A DNA stretch of 64,000 nt. Origin: Chitinophagales bacterium (GTDB lineage: Bacteria > Bacteroidota > Bacteroidia > Chitinophagales > UBA10324). This document shows, piece after piece, positions 34,705 through 43,897 of this stretch (the stretch's first letter is position 1; each line of letters starts with the position of its first letter). The notes beneath the pieces were generated by a model. The model did no database searches. It saw only the letters and a list, made by a program, of their open reading frames with translations, and was not told the origin of the DNA. The translations under genes and the position numbers were made by a program. The stretch lies in contig JBDHXV010000007.1 in assembly GCA_039810885.1 (NCBI GenBank), positions 1,695-65,694 of the forward strand. Reading direction: 5' to 3'.

Positions 34705-35847
34705 TTATTTCGTAACAGATAAATGGGACTCGAGAATCTTAAAATAATATTTTTCATATTGAGGTAAGATGTTGTCTATGTCGAATCGCTTAGCTTGCTC
34801 ATAAGCATTATGCTTGAATGATTTCAATAGAACATCATCGGAGAGAATGCGAATAGCATTGGCCGCCATGTCGTTAGTGTCGCCAACATTACTCATAAAT
34901 CCGGTTTTGCCGTGGATGTTAACCTCAGGAATACCACCGGTATTAGTAGAGACTACCGGAACTCCACATGCCATTGCCTCTAATGCAGCAAGGCCAAAGC
35001 TCTCACTTTCTGAAGGCATCAAAAATAAATCACTAATGGCAAGCAGTTCTTCAACGGCTTCTTGTTTTCCAAGAAAGCGCACATCGTCATAAACATGTAA
35101 TTCGCGACAAAGTTGTTCGAGATATTGGCGATCGGGGCCATCGCCAATCAAGAGCAATTTTGAAGGAATGCGTTCGTGCACTTTTTGAAATATAAGAATC
35201 ACATCCTTGGTGCGCTTTACTTTGCGGAAGTTAGAAGTGTGTATCAGAATTTTTTCATCATTGGGAGTAATAGCCTTTTTAAAGTGCTCCTTTCGAACTT
35301 TTGTAAATCGTGCAGTGTCTATAAAATTGCTGATTACCTCAATTTCTTTATTGATTTTAAAATTTTGATGCGTATCGTTCCTTAAGCTATTTGAAACTGT
35401 TGTTACACCATCACTTTGATTAATAGAGAACTCAACAACCGGAGCATACGAAGCATCTTTCCCGACTAGCGTAATATCGGTGCCATGCAGTGTTGTAATA
35501 TAGGGTAGATAGGTGTTTTTTGTTTTTAAAATTTCTCGTGCCATAAATGCAGCAGAGGCATGCGGTATTGCATAATGTACGTGTAATAAGTCCAGTTTTT
35601 CATATAAAGCCACATCCACGATCTTACTGGCTAATGCACTTTCGTATGGTGCGTGCTCAAACAGAGGATAGTCGGCATAATTTACCTCGTGGTAATAAAT
35701 GTTTTCTATGAATGAATCGAGCCTTGCCGGCACCCTATAGGTAATAAAATGAACTTGATGGCCCTTGAGAGCTAATGCTTTGCCAAGTTCGGTTGCTATT
35801 ACACCGCTGCCGCCAAAAGTAGGATAGCAAACTATTCCTATTCGCAT
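34705..35847 (-). CDS. bshA: N-acetyl-alpha-D-glucosaminyl L-malate synthase (bacillithiol GT4) BshA
   Basis: The N-terminus MRIGIVCYPTFGGSGVIATELGKALALKGHQVHFIT closely follows the BshA signature. GT4 EX7E region ESFGLAALEAMACGVPV is present. Confidence 0.78.
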   Translation of the reverse strand: MRIGIVCYPTFGGSGVIATELGKALALKGHQVHFITYRVPARLDSFIENIYYHEVNYADYPLFEHAPYESALASKIVDVALYEKLDLLHVHYAIPHASAAFMAREILKTKNTYLPYITTLHGTDITLVGKDASYAPVVEFSINQSDGVTTVSNSLRNDTHQNFKINKEIEVISNFIDTARFTKVRKEHFKKAITPNDEKILIHTSNFRKVKRTKDVILIFQKVHERIPSKLLLIGDGPDRQYLEQLCRELHVYDDVRFLGKQEAVEELLAISDLFLMPSESESFGLAALEAMACGVPVVSTNTGGIPEVNIHGKTGFMSNVGDTNDMAANAIRILSDDVLLKSFKHNAYEQAKRFDIDNILPQYEKYYFKILESHLSVTK

Positions 35848-35912
35848 GACTAATGTGAGTTATTATTGTATGTGAAGTTAACAGTATGAGGCAAAAATTG
35901 GTTTTAAATAAT

Positions 35913-38879
35913 CTAAAAGTGCTTCTGCTTATCGGGCTGAGGCACCAATGCGGTGTAAATTATAGCATGAACTCTACCACGGATGTCGTAAGTATTAATT
36001 TTTTTATTGGAGTCATCGGGAAACGTGCGATTTGATAAAAAAATAAACGTCAAATCGTATTCAGGATCAGACCAGATACAAGTACCCGTGAACCCCTGGT
36101 GGCCAAAGGTTTTACCTGATGCTTTATCTGTACATGGACTTTTTTTATTTACATCTGTTTCATGTTTGTCAAACCCAAGCCCGCGCCGGCTGATATTTGA
36201 TTGTTTAGAAGTAAATAGAGACACGGTACTACTATCAAATATTCTTACCCCACCATAGGTACCTTTGTTTAAAAGAAGCTGATGAATTATTGCCAGTCCA
36301 TTAGCATCGGAGAATAATCCGGCATGACCGGCTACCCCTCCAAGCAACGCCGAGGCGGGATCATGTACAAAGCCCTGTAGTTTTTGTTTGCGAAAGTCCG
36401 AGTCGTAATTGGAGGGGACGATATTTTTTTTTTCTATCGTTTGAAGGGGTAAAAAAGTGGTTCGATAAATTCCGAGAGGAGCATAGATTTCACATTGTAC
36501 ATAATTATTCAATGTCGTATTGGTTACCGCTTCAACTACCCATCCTAATAAAATAAAATCGAGGTCGCTATACAAATATTCTTTTTTGGGAGTAACCGGG
36601 CTTTCTGCAATCATCTTTTTTATGGTATCTAAATAAGTATAATGCAGATATATATTTTCGGCCACTTGAATGTAGTGTTTTCTATCGCGAGTTGAGCTAA
36701 AGGCATCATCTATATTTTGAATAGATTTATAAAAAGGAATCCATGCCTTCAGCCCTGCTTGATGCAATAACAAATCCTTAAGAATAATATCGGCTTTATT
36801 CGTTCCGGCAAGCCAGGGCAGATATTTTTTTAAGGGGTCGTTCAATTTGATTTTCTTCTCCTCATACAATTTCATTATGGCAAGAGTTGTTGCAGCACTT
36901 TTGGTAATAGATGCTATATCATAAACAGATTCTTCACGTACGGAATCAATTTGGTCATACGTATAAAAGCCGAAAGAACCATTGTAAATAACGTGGTTTC
37001 CTTTTGCAACAAGCACACGACATCCGGGAAAAACTCGATCTCGTATAGCTACTTGTATAATGGAATCAATTCGATTTAACCTTCCCGGGATGATTTCATA
37101 ATCTATCGGGTCGGTATAGTTTAAGCGGATATCCGAAGTAAGTAGGCCGCTGCCCTCTTTAATCGAAGGTGTTACACTAACCGGGAGAATGCCTCGAGCG
37201 GATATGCCGCCAAATAATAGTTGTGCCGATAAATCCTGCACATCACTTTCTCCACTATAAGCCATTAACAGATAGGGGGAGTTTTCAAAATATTTTAATG
37301 AATAAGGACTACCGAACAATGTAACTATGGTCGGGCATTGTTTTTCAAGTTGAGCAACAAATATTTTTGCATTATCTGTAATACCATAGTAATTTTCATA
37401 CTTGCGATTCATTTGATGCATACCAATAAAAATCACATTGTACTTCCTCAACTGTTCTGCTAATTTTTGAAAATCTTCTTTGCTTGCATTTTTATCAATC
37501 ACAAATGATTTAACATCTGCATACCTCCTCAAACTCTTTTGAAAAACCGTTTCGTTGAAAGAGCCGATACTTACAGAAGCAAATCGAAAAGTATCTAAAC
37601 GCTGTTTGAATGGAATTAAATTATTTTGATTATGCACCAGAGTCAAGGCGGCCTGAGTAAGTTCGCGCTTGATATGTTCGGCTTCGGGGCTATTGATGTC
37701 AGTTTTTAAGTTTTTAAGTGCTACTACTTGCTTTTTATTTAACCCGAGCCAATACTTGCATGCTAAGATCTTCTTTACTCTTGCATCTATTTCTTCTTGT
37801 TTTATCAGACTATCTTTTACGGCCTTCTTAATTGCTACAATAGCTCCCGAAACATTTCCCGAGAATAACAACACATCATTTCCCGCTAAAAGTGCTCTTA
37901 CATCCACCTCTCCCGGTGCATATAAATCAGCAACACCCCTCATATTCAGGGCATCTGTAAAAACTAAGCCTTTGAATCCCAGTTTATCTTTAAGCAAATC
38001 ATTAATGATATTCGAGGAGAGCGTAGATACGCTGACAGAACTATCGAGGGCCGGAATGTTCAGGTGGGCAACCATAACGCTTCCTACACCATTATTAATT
38101 AATTGCTTGAATGGATATAATTCTAATGAATCGAGGCGGCTTGCAGACGCATTAATGACAGGCAAAGTCTTATGCGAATCTTTGTCGGTATCTCCATGCC
38201 CCGGAAAGTGCTTGGCACATGCCAAAACGCGCCCATCTTGTAACCCTTTAGCATAAGCCAATCCTTTGTTAGCCACATTAAATTTGTTTTCTCCAAAAGA
38301 GCGGTCTCCAATAACAGGGTTTAGAGAATTGTTATTAATATCAACAACGGGAGAGAAACTGATATGAACGCCCATGCGACGGCACTCTCTCGCTATCTCC
38401 AATCCCGCTTTATATATCAATTGATTGTTTTGAACAGCTCCCCACATTAGTTGCCTATGAAAATCAGGAGTAGAGTCAAGCCGCATGGATAGCCCCCATT
38501 CAGCATCTTGCGCAATCATTAATTGTACCGCAGATATAGATTGAAAGTAATTTGTAAGCAATACTTGTCGTGTAGGGCCGCCCTGCATAAAGATGAGTCC
38601 GCCGATATGATAATTTTTTATTAAGTATTCAATACGCTTTTTCTCGGCATCATCTTTATTGGAATAGGCCGCTACCATAAAAAGTTGCCCTAATCTCTCA
38701 TCTGGGGTCATTGCGTTAAATAATGAATCGGCCCAGCGAGCACTTTCTGTCGATAAAAATGGAGGATCAATTGGGGCTTGTTCCTGATTATGGGGAGGCA
38801 CGGATACAGTTACCTGCCCTGAGAGATAAACTATTAAAGTCAGCAGAAAAGTAATCCGTCGCATTGGATTGTAAAGCAC
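35913..38879 (-). CDS. GH3 (NagZ-like beta-N-acetylhexosaminidase) domain fused to a beta-lactamase-fold serine hydrolase
   Basis: The N-half has KHFPGHGDTDKDSHK. The C-half has an SxxK motif (ASITKSA) and class C/AmpH-like patterns. Has a signal peptide. Confidence 0.85.
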   Translation of the reverse strand: MLYNPMRRITFLLTLIVYLSGQVTVSVPPHNQEQAPIDPPFLSTESARWADSLFNAMTPDERLGQLFMVAAYSNKDDAEKKRIEYLIKNYHIGGLIFMQGGPTRQVLLTNYFQSISAVQLMIAQDAEWGLSMRLDSTPDFHRQLMWGAVQNNQLIYKAGLEIARECRRMGVHISFSPVVDINNNSLNPVIGDRSFGENKFNVANKGLAYAKGLQDGRVLACAKHFPGHGDTDKDSHKTLPVINASASRLDSLELYPFKQLINNGVGSVMVAHLNIPALDSSVSVSTLSSNIINDLLKDKLGFKGLVFTDALNMRGVADLYAPGEVDVRALLAGNDVLLFSGNVSGAIVAIKKAVKDSLIKQEEIDARVKKILACKYWLGLNKKQVVALKNLKTDINSPEAEHIKRELTQAALTLVHNQNNLIPFKQRLDTFRFASVSIGSFNETVFQKSLRRYADVKSFVIDKNASKEDFQKLAEQLRKYNVIFIGMHQMNRKYENYYGITDNAKIFVAQLEKQCPTIVTLFGSPYSLKYFENSPYLLMAYSGESDVQDLSAQLLFGGISARGILPVSVTPSIKEGSGLLTSDIRLNYTDPIDYEIIPGRLNRIDSIIQVAIRDRVFPGCRVLVAKGNHVIYNGSFGFYTYDQIDSVREESVYDIASITKSAATTLAIMKLYEEKKIKLNDPLKKYLPWLAGTNKADIILKDLLLHQAGLKAWIPFYKSIQNIDDAFSSTRDRKHYIQVAENIYLHYTYLDTIKKMIAESPVTPKKEYLYSDLDFILLGWVVEAVTNTTLNNYVQCEIYAPLGIYRTTFLPLQTIEKKNIVPSNYDSDFRKQKLQGFVHDPASALLGGVAGHAGLFSDANGLAIIHQLLLNKGTYGGVRIFDSSTVSLFTSKQSNISRRGLGFDKHETDVNKKSPCTDKASGKTFGHQGFTGTCIWSDPEYDLTFIFLSNRTFPDDSNKKINTYDIRGRVHAIIYTALVPQPDKQKHF

Positions 38880-38985
38880 GTTAAACGCCTAATAAGTAAT
38901 CGATATTTTACGAAGCCTTTCTAACAAAAAATTGTTGGATGTACATAAAACCCTATAGGGAAGATACATTTTCTTGAAAGCCTAT

Positions 38986-38993
38986 TACTTTTG
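38986..38993 (+). promoter_or_regulatory. Candidate -7 box (TACTTTTG) for queA
   Basis: Exact TAnnTTTG match, 7 nt upstream of the ATG at 39001. Confidence 0.4.
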
Positions 38994-39000
38994 AACATCC

Positions 39001-40233
39001 ATGCAACGGATAGAAAAAATAAATATCAGCGATTATAATTATCCTTTGCCTAATGAACAAATAGCGTTGCAGCCATATAAAAATCGAGATGAATCTCAAT
39101 TATTGATATATAAGAATGGGAGTATTTATGATAGCACATTTAAAGATATAAGCACACAATTTGAAAAACCGGTTTTATTCGTACGCAACAACACCAAAGT
39201 GATACAGGCACGTATGTTTTTTAGTACTCAATCTAGCCATGTTATTGAGATATTTTTACTGGAGCCGGAAAATGAATCTATAGAAAAAGCGCTTCATCGA
39301 AGAGCTACGGAAGCAACGTTTAGATGCATGGTCGGCAATAAGCGTAAATGGAGTAATGGAGAGGTATTAGAGCTATGGAAAACGTGTAATGGAAAGCGGG
39401 TTCGATTACAAGCAGAGTATATCGAAGGTAGGGGCCTTGAACATATTATTGCTTTCAGGTGGGCACATGAGTTGGAAGTAAGGGAGCTTTTAGAATGCTT
39501 TGGATTAACGCCACTACCGCCTTATATTAAACGGCAGACAGAGTCTTATGATAAGGAATCGTATCAAACTATTTATTCTGACAGAGAAGGCTCGGTAGCA
39601 GCGCCTACGGCAGGCTTACATTTTACCGAGAGATTGATAGAAAAATTGAAGAACCAAGGGCACAACTTTTGCGATCTCACCTTGCATGTGGGAGCGGGAA
39701 CTTTTCAACCCATAAAAGGAGACAATGCCGCAGAGCATAAGATGCACGGAGAAGAGATTCATATTTCACTAAAATCCTTTAATCAGATTTATCACGCAGT
39801 GTTAAATAACATCCCGATTGTCGCGGTAGGTACCACTTCACTTCGTAGCTTAGAAACACTCTTCGGCTGGGGCGTTCAGGTTGCTTATCAGAAGATAAGT
39901 ATGCCACATTATTTTTCTCTATCGCAGTGGGAAGTTTATAATTATAAAAACTTTGAGCGCAGAGATAGCCTGCAAGCGCTTAAAGAGTATATTACAAAAG
40001 CCGGAGTGGACCAAATCAGCGGACGCACTCATCTTATGATCGTTCCCGGTCATGAATTTAAGCTTTGTGATGCCTTGATTACCAATTTTCATCAACCTAA
40101 GAGCACGCTGCTTTTATTGGTATCTGCTTTTGTTGGAGACGATTGGAAGAATATATACAAGCATGCGCTTGAACGCCGTTATCGTTTTTTGAGTTATGGC
40201 GATTGTTCTCTTCTTTGGCTTAAGGCGACATAA
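39001..40233 (+). CDS. queA: S-adenosylmethionine:tRNA ribosyltransferase-isomerase
   Basis: Contains LPPYI, VAAPTAGLHFT, TLHVGAGTF, VGTTSLRSLE, NFHQPKSTLLLLVSAF and FLSYGD. At 410 aa it is longer than the typical size of about 350 aa. Confidence 0.9.
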   Translation: MQRIEKINISDYNYPLPNEQIALQPYKNRDESQLLIYKNGSIYDSTFKDISTQFEKPVLFVRNNTKVIQARMFFSTQSSHVIEIFLLEPENESIEKALHRRATEATFRCMVGNKRKWSNGEVLELWKTCNGKRVRLQAEYIEGRGLEHIIAFRWAHELEVRELLECFGLTPLPPYIKRQTESYDKESYQTIYSDREGSVAAPTAGLHFTERLIEKLKNQGHNFCDLTLHVGAGTFQPIKGDNAAEHKMHGEEIHISLKSFNQIYHAVLNNIPIVAVGTTSLRSLETLFGWGVQVAYQKISMPHYFSLSQWEVYNYKNFERRDSLQALKEYITKAGVDQISGRTHLMIVPGHEFKLCDALITNFHQPKSTLLLLVSAFVGDDWKNIYKHALERRYRFLSYGDCSLLWLKAT

Positions 40234-40258
40234 TTCATTGAAGCCGGAGTAATAAGAT

Positions 40259-40266
40259 TAAATTTG
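40259..40266 (+). promoter_or_regulatory. Candidate -7 box (TAAATTTG) for mutL
   Basis: Exact TAnnTTTG match, 26 nt upstream of the ATG at 40293. Confidence 0.4.
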
Positions 40267-40292
40267 CAGATTAACGATGTTGAACATTTACA

Positions 40293-42128
40293 ATGGAAGA
40301 TATTATTAAGTTGCTGCCTGAGATTATTGCGAATCAGATAGCTGCAGGAGAGGTGGTGCAACGTCCTGCAAGTGTCGTAAAGGAATTGCTGGAGAATGCG
40401 GTAGATGCAGGGGCAAGTAAAATACAATTGCTTGTAAAAGATGCCGGCAAGACCTGGATACAGGTTATAGATAACGGCTGTGGCATGTCAGATACAGATG
40501 CGCGAATGAGCTTTGAGCGTCATGCAACCTCTAAAATAAGAACCCCGGACGATTTGTTCCACATACGCACGATGGGCTTTCGTGGGGAGGCATTAGCATC
40601 TGTTGCGGCAGTGGCGCAAATAGAAATGCGCACTCGAAAAGAAGAGAATAAAATCGGAACCAACATTCTTATTGAAGGAGGGACTTTCGTTTCACAAGAG
40701 GCCGCTTCTTGTGCTGCGGGGACATCTATTACCATTAAAAATTTATTTTTTAACGTTCCGGCACGACGTAACTTCTTAAAAAGTAATACTGCCGAAACGC
40801 GACACATTGTTGATGAGTTTCAACGCGTTGCCTTGTCTCATCCACACATTGCATTTACGTTTCATTTAAATGGAGCCGAGTTGTTTCATTTAAAGGAGGG
40901 AAATCTAAGGCAACGTGTGGTGGCGATTTTCGGCAATCCGTATAACGAGCGGTTAGTGCCGATTGAAGAAAACACACCCGTGTTAAAAATATATGGGTTT
41001 ATTGGAAAGCCGGACACAGCAAAGAAACTACGTGGAGAGCAATATATTTTTGTTAACAACCGCTTTATCAAGAGTCATTATTTACATCATGCTATTGTAA
41101 CAGCGTATGATGATCTGATTCCATCTGATGCTCACCCCCTTTACACGCTTTTTCTGGAAATTGACCCGGCACGAATTGATGTCAATGTGCATCCAACGAA
41201 ACAAGAGATAAAGTTTGACGATGAAAAGATTGTTTACACTTTTGTCCATACAGCAGTCAAGCACTCACTGGGAAAATATTCTGTAGCCCCCACACTGGAC
41301 TTTGAGCAGGAGACCGCTTTCAGTAACATGAATGAGTCTTTGCAACAACAACAGAATCCCCTTCTCGCAAATTCGGATAATGAGAATTTAACATCGGCTA
41401 ATCAGGCATCAGTAAAGCCTTCGTCAACCGGCTCCGCATATTGGAAAAATTTATACGAGGAGGTAAAGCAAAATAGACAATCGGTTTACACGATTCCGAG
41501 TAAATGGGAGCAACAAGAAGATAGAGCCTTGTTTGATCAAAAAGAATCTATAGACAATTCGCCGATAGCCTTTCAAATTCATAGCCGATATATACTTTCA
41601 CAAATTAAATCGGGATACATCCTTGCCGACCAACAGGCAACACATGAAAGAGTATTGTATGATAAATATCTGAAATGCCTGTGCAGACAGGGAAGCAACA
41701 CACAACAGCAATTATTCCCTGTTCAAATAACTTTAAATAAGTCGGATGCCCTTTTGTTGGAAACGCTTTTGCCGGAGTTAAAACAATTAGGCTTTGACAT
41801 ACATCCTTTTGGTGGAAGAACCTATGTGCTTCATGGCGCACCATCCGAAGTAATTAGTGGGCAAGAAACAGATTTACTTGAACAGATACTTGACAATTTT
41901 AAGCAAAGCGAACAAGAGTTAAAACATAACAAGGCAGAATCTCTTGCACAAGCTATGGCTAAGGCGAATTGTATTAAGCCAGGAAAGACATTGAGTGAGA
42001 AAGAATGCCGCTATTTGTTAGATGAATTATTCGCATGTGAGAATCCATATTATGCACCGGATGGTCGTCCTACATTTATTACCTATTCGTTAAAAGATTT
42101 AGAGAAACAATTTAATACCAAGCCTTAA
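40293..42128 (+). CDS. mutL: DNA mismatch repair protein MutL
   Basis: GHKL ATPase N-terminus (IAAGEVVQRPASVVKELLENAVDAG, DNGCGM, GFRGEAL). Length is 611 aa. Confidence 0.95.
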   Translation: MEDIIKLLPEIIANQIAAGEVVQRPASVVKELLENAVDAGASKIQLLVKDAGKTWIQVIDNGCGMSDTDARMSFERHATSKIRTPDDLFHIRTMGFRGEALASVAAVAQIEMRTRKEENKIGTNILIEGGTFVSQEAASCAAGTSITIKNLFFNVPARRNFLKSNTAETRHIVDEFQRVALSHPHIAFTFHLNGAELFHLKEGNLRQRVVAIFGNPYNERLVPIEENTPVLKIYGFIGKPDTAKKLRGEQYIFVNNRFIKSHYLHHAIVTAYDDLIPSDAHPLYTLFLEIDPARIDVNVHPTKQEIKFDDEKIVYTFVHTAVKHSLGKYSVAPTLDFEQETAFSNMNESLQQQQNPLLANSDNENLTSANQASVKPSSTGSAYWKNLYEEVKQNRQSVYTIPSKWEQQEDRALFDQKESIDNSPIAFQIHSRYILSQIKSGYILADQQATHERVLYDKYLKCLCRQGSNTQQQLFPVQITLNKSDALLLETLLPELKQLGFDIHPFGGRTYVLHGAPSEVISGQETDLLEQILDNFKQSEQELKHNKAESLAQAMAKANCIKPGKTLSEKECRYLLDELFACENPYYAPDGRPTFITYSLKDLEKQFNTKP

Positions 42129-42144
42129 GCTTTTATCAATCAAT

Positions 42145-42972
42145 ATGCAGCCATTCAGACCAGGACGATTTGAGATACTACCCCTTGTTGTAAAAAATTT
42201 ACTCATCATCAATGGGCTGATGTATTTAGCAACGGTTGTATTAGAGCAAAACTTTCATTACGATCTTACCGCACTTCTTGGTCTGCACTATTTTACTTCG
42301 CCACTGTTTAAGCCGTTTCAATTACTTACACACATGTTTATGCATGGCAGTTTCATGCATATATTCTCCAACATGTTTGCCTTATGGATGTTTGGCGCAA
42401 TAATTGAAAATGTATGGGGGCCAAAAAGGTTTTTGTTGTTCTATCTTGTGTGCGGGATTGGCGGAGCCTTAGCGCATCTCGGCTATACGGCATACGAGAT
42501 GCACGGATTGCAAATAGAAATAAACGATTATGTAAATCATGCAACAAAAGAAAATTTTGTTGCATTGTTTAAATCGCACCAAGAGTTATTGACTCCCGAG
42601 TTGACAGATAAAGCAAACGCATTGTTAAGTGAATGGTCTTCATTTGACAACAGTTCTATATTAGAGTCAAAAATATTGGCAAATGAATTGGCCATACAGT
42701 ATGCAAACATTCCGGTAGTTGGCGCATCGGGCGCAGTGTTTGGCGTATTGCTCGCTTTCGGGATGTTATTTCCTAACACTTATATCTATCTTTATTTTTT
42801 CATACCCATGAAGGCAAAGTATTTTGTTATTCTGTATGGCTTATTTGAACTGTATTCCGGTGTTAGTGGTACCGGCGGTGGAATTGCACACTTCGCACAC
42901 CTGGGCGGCATGCTGATCGGTTTCTTCTTAATTAAGTACTGGAATAAATCAAAACGACACGATTTTTATTAA
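42145..42972 (+). CDS. Rhomboid family intramembrane serine protease (copy 1, with about 70-aa soluble insert)
   Basis: Contains HMFMHGSFMHIFSNM, GASGAVFG (catalytic Ser) and AHLGG (catalytic His). Confidence 0.85.
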   Translation: MQPFRPGRFEILPLVVKNLLIINGLMYLATVVLEQNFHYDLTALLGLHYFTSPLFKPFQLLTHMFMHGSFMHIFSNMFALWMFGAIIENVWGPKRFLLFYLVCGIGGALAHLGYTAYEMHGLQIEINDYVNHATKENFVALFKSHQELLTPELTDKANALLSEWSSFDNSSILESKILANELAIQYANIPVVGASGAVFGVLLAFGMLFPNTYIYLYFFIPMKAKYFVILYGLFELYSGVSGTGGGIAHFAHLGGMLIGFFLIKYWNKSKRHDFY

Positions 42973-42985
42973 GTTATATTGGTAA

Positions 42986-43897
42986 ATGTCAACATCTCTT
43001 TGGTTCGATATCAAAACACAGTTCCTGCAATCTTCTTCGAGGTTAACACAACTTATTATTGCAAATGTTCTGGTATTCATACTGCTTGGAATGGTTCGTC
43101 TCATCTATTTCTTTACTAATGATTTAAGAACGTTTGATGGCATTACGGAATATGTGGGTTTGTCGCCGCATATCCCCACAGTCCTAAATCACCCGTGGAC
43201 ACTTGTAACTTATGCTTTTGTGCATTTCTCCTTTTTTCATCTGCTATTTAACATGTTAATATTGTATTGGGTGGGGATTATTTTGACCGATTTCCTTGGT
43301 GATAAAAAGTTGTGGCCACTTTATTTGATGGCTTCATGGTGTGGAGGGGTCTTGTATATAATAATCTATAATTTGTTTCCGGTATTTAAAGTATCAGCAT
43401 TTAGCCCTACGATGATTGGAGCATCGGCTGGAGTATTAGGCATTGTATTCGCCGCAGCCACATTAGTTCCGGATTATACAATATATCTCTTGCTACTTGG
43501 CCCGGTGCGATTAAAGTGGATTGCACTGACATTGATTCTTATTGATTTAATTGCCATTCCATTAGGAAATGCCGGAGGGCATATCGCCCATTTAGGTGGA
43601 GCAGTGTTTGGATATTTATTTATTAAATCACTTAATAACGGAACAGATTTGAGTTCGTGGTGGCCCCTTCTTATCGGAACGTTTCAACCTAAAAAAAGAA
43701 GCCGCCGTTATTTGAAAGCGGATCAAGGCGGAGCAACAAAACAAAATCAATATAATGTAAAATCAAGGGCAGAGCAATCGGCACAACAACGGGTGGACAT
43801 CATATTGGATAAAATAGCACAATCCGGGTATGAAAGTTTAACAAAGGAAGAGAAGACCTTTTTATTTAATTACAGTAACACGAATAAGAAAGAATGA
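42986..43897 (+). CDS. Rhomboid family intramembrane serine protease (copy 2, with basic C-terminal tail)
   Basis: Contains FVHFSFFHLLFNM, GASAGVLG and AHLGGAVFG. Confidence 0.85.
   Translation: MSTSLWFDIKTQFLQSSSRLTQLIIANVLVFILLGMVRLIYFFTNDLRTFDGITEYVGLSPHIPTVLNHPWTLVTYAFVHFSFFHLLFNMLILYWVGIILTDFLGDKKLWPLYLMASWCGGVLYIIIYNLFPVFKVSAFSPTMIGASAGVLGIVFAAATLVPDYTIYLLLLGPVRLKWIALTLILIDLIAIPLGNAGGHIAHLGGAVFGYLFIKSLNNGTDLSSWWPLLIGTFQPKKRSRRYLKADQGGATKQNQYNVKSRAEQSAQQRVDIILDKIAQSGYESLTKEEKTFLFNYSNTNKKE

Noticed and set aside
36424-36433. A10/T10 homopolymer inside the GH3 fusion gene, with similar A/T runs at 24141-24150
   Set aside because: A/T runs of this length are expected in a low-GC genome with Lys-rich (AAA) coding, so they are not distinctive in the way the G9 tract is.
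37669-38256. 195-aa plus-strand ORF inside the GH3/beta-lactamase gene
   Set aside because: It is antisense to a gene with clear catalytic motifs, and it has no start context, promoter box or family resemblance.
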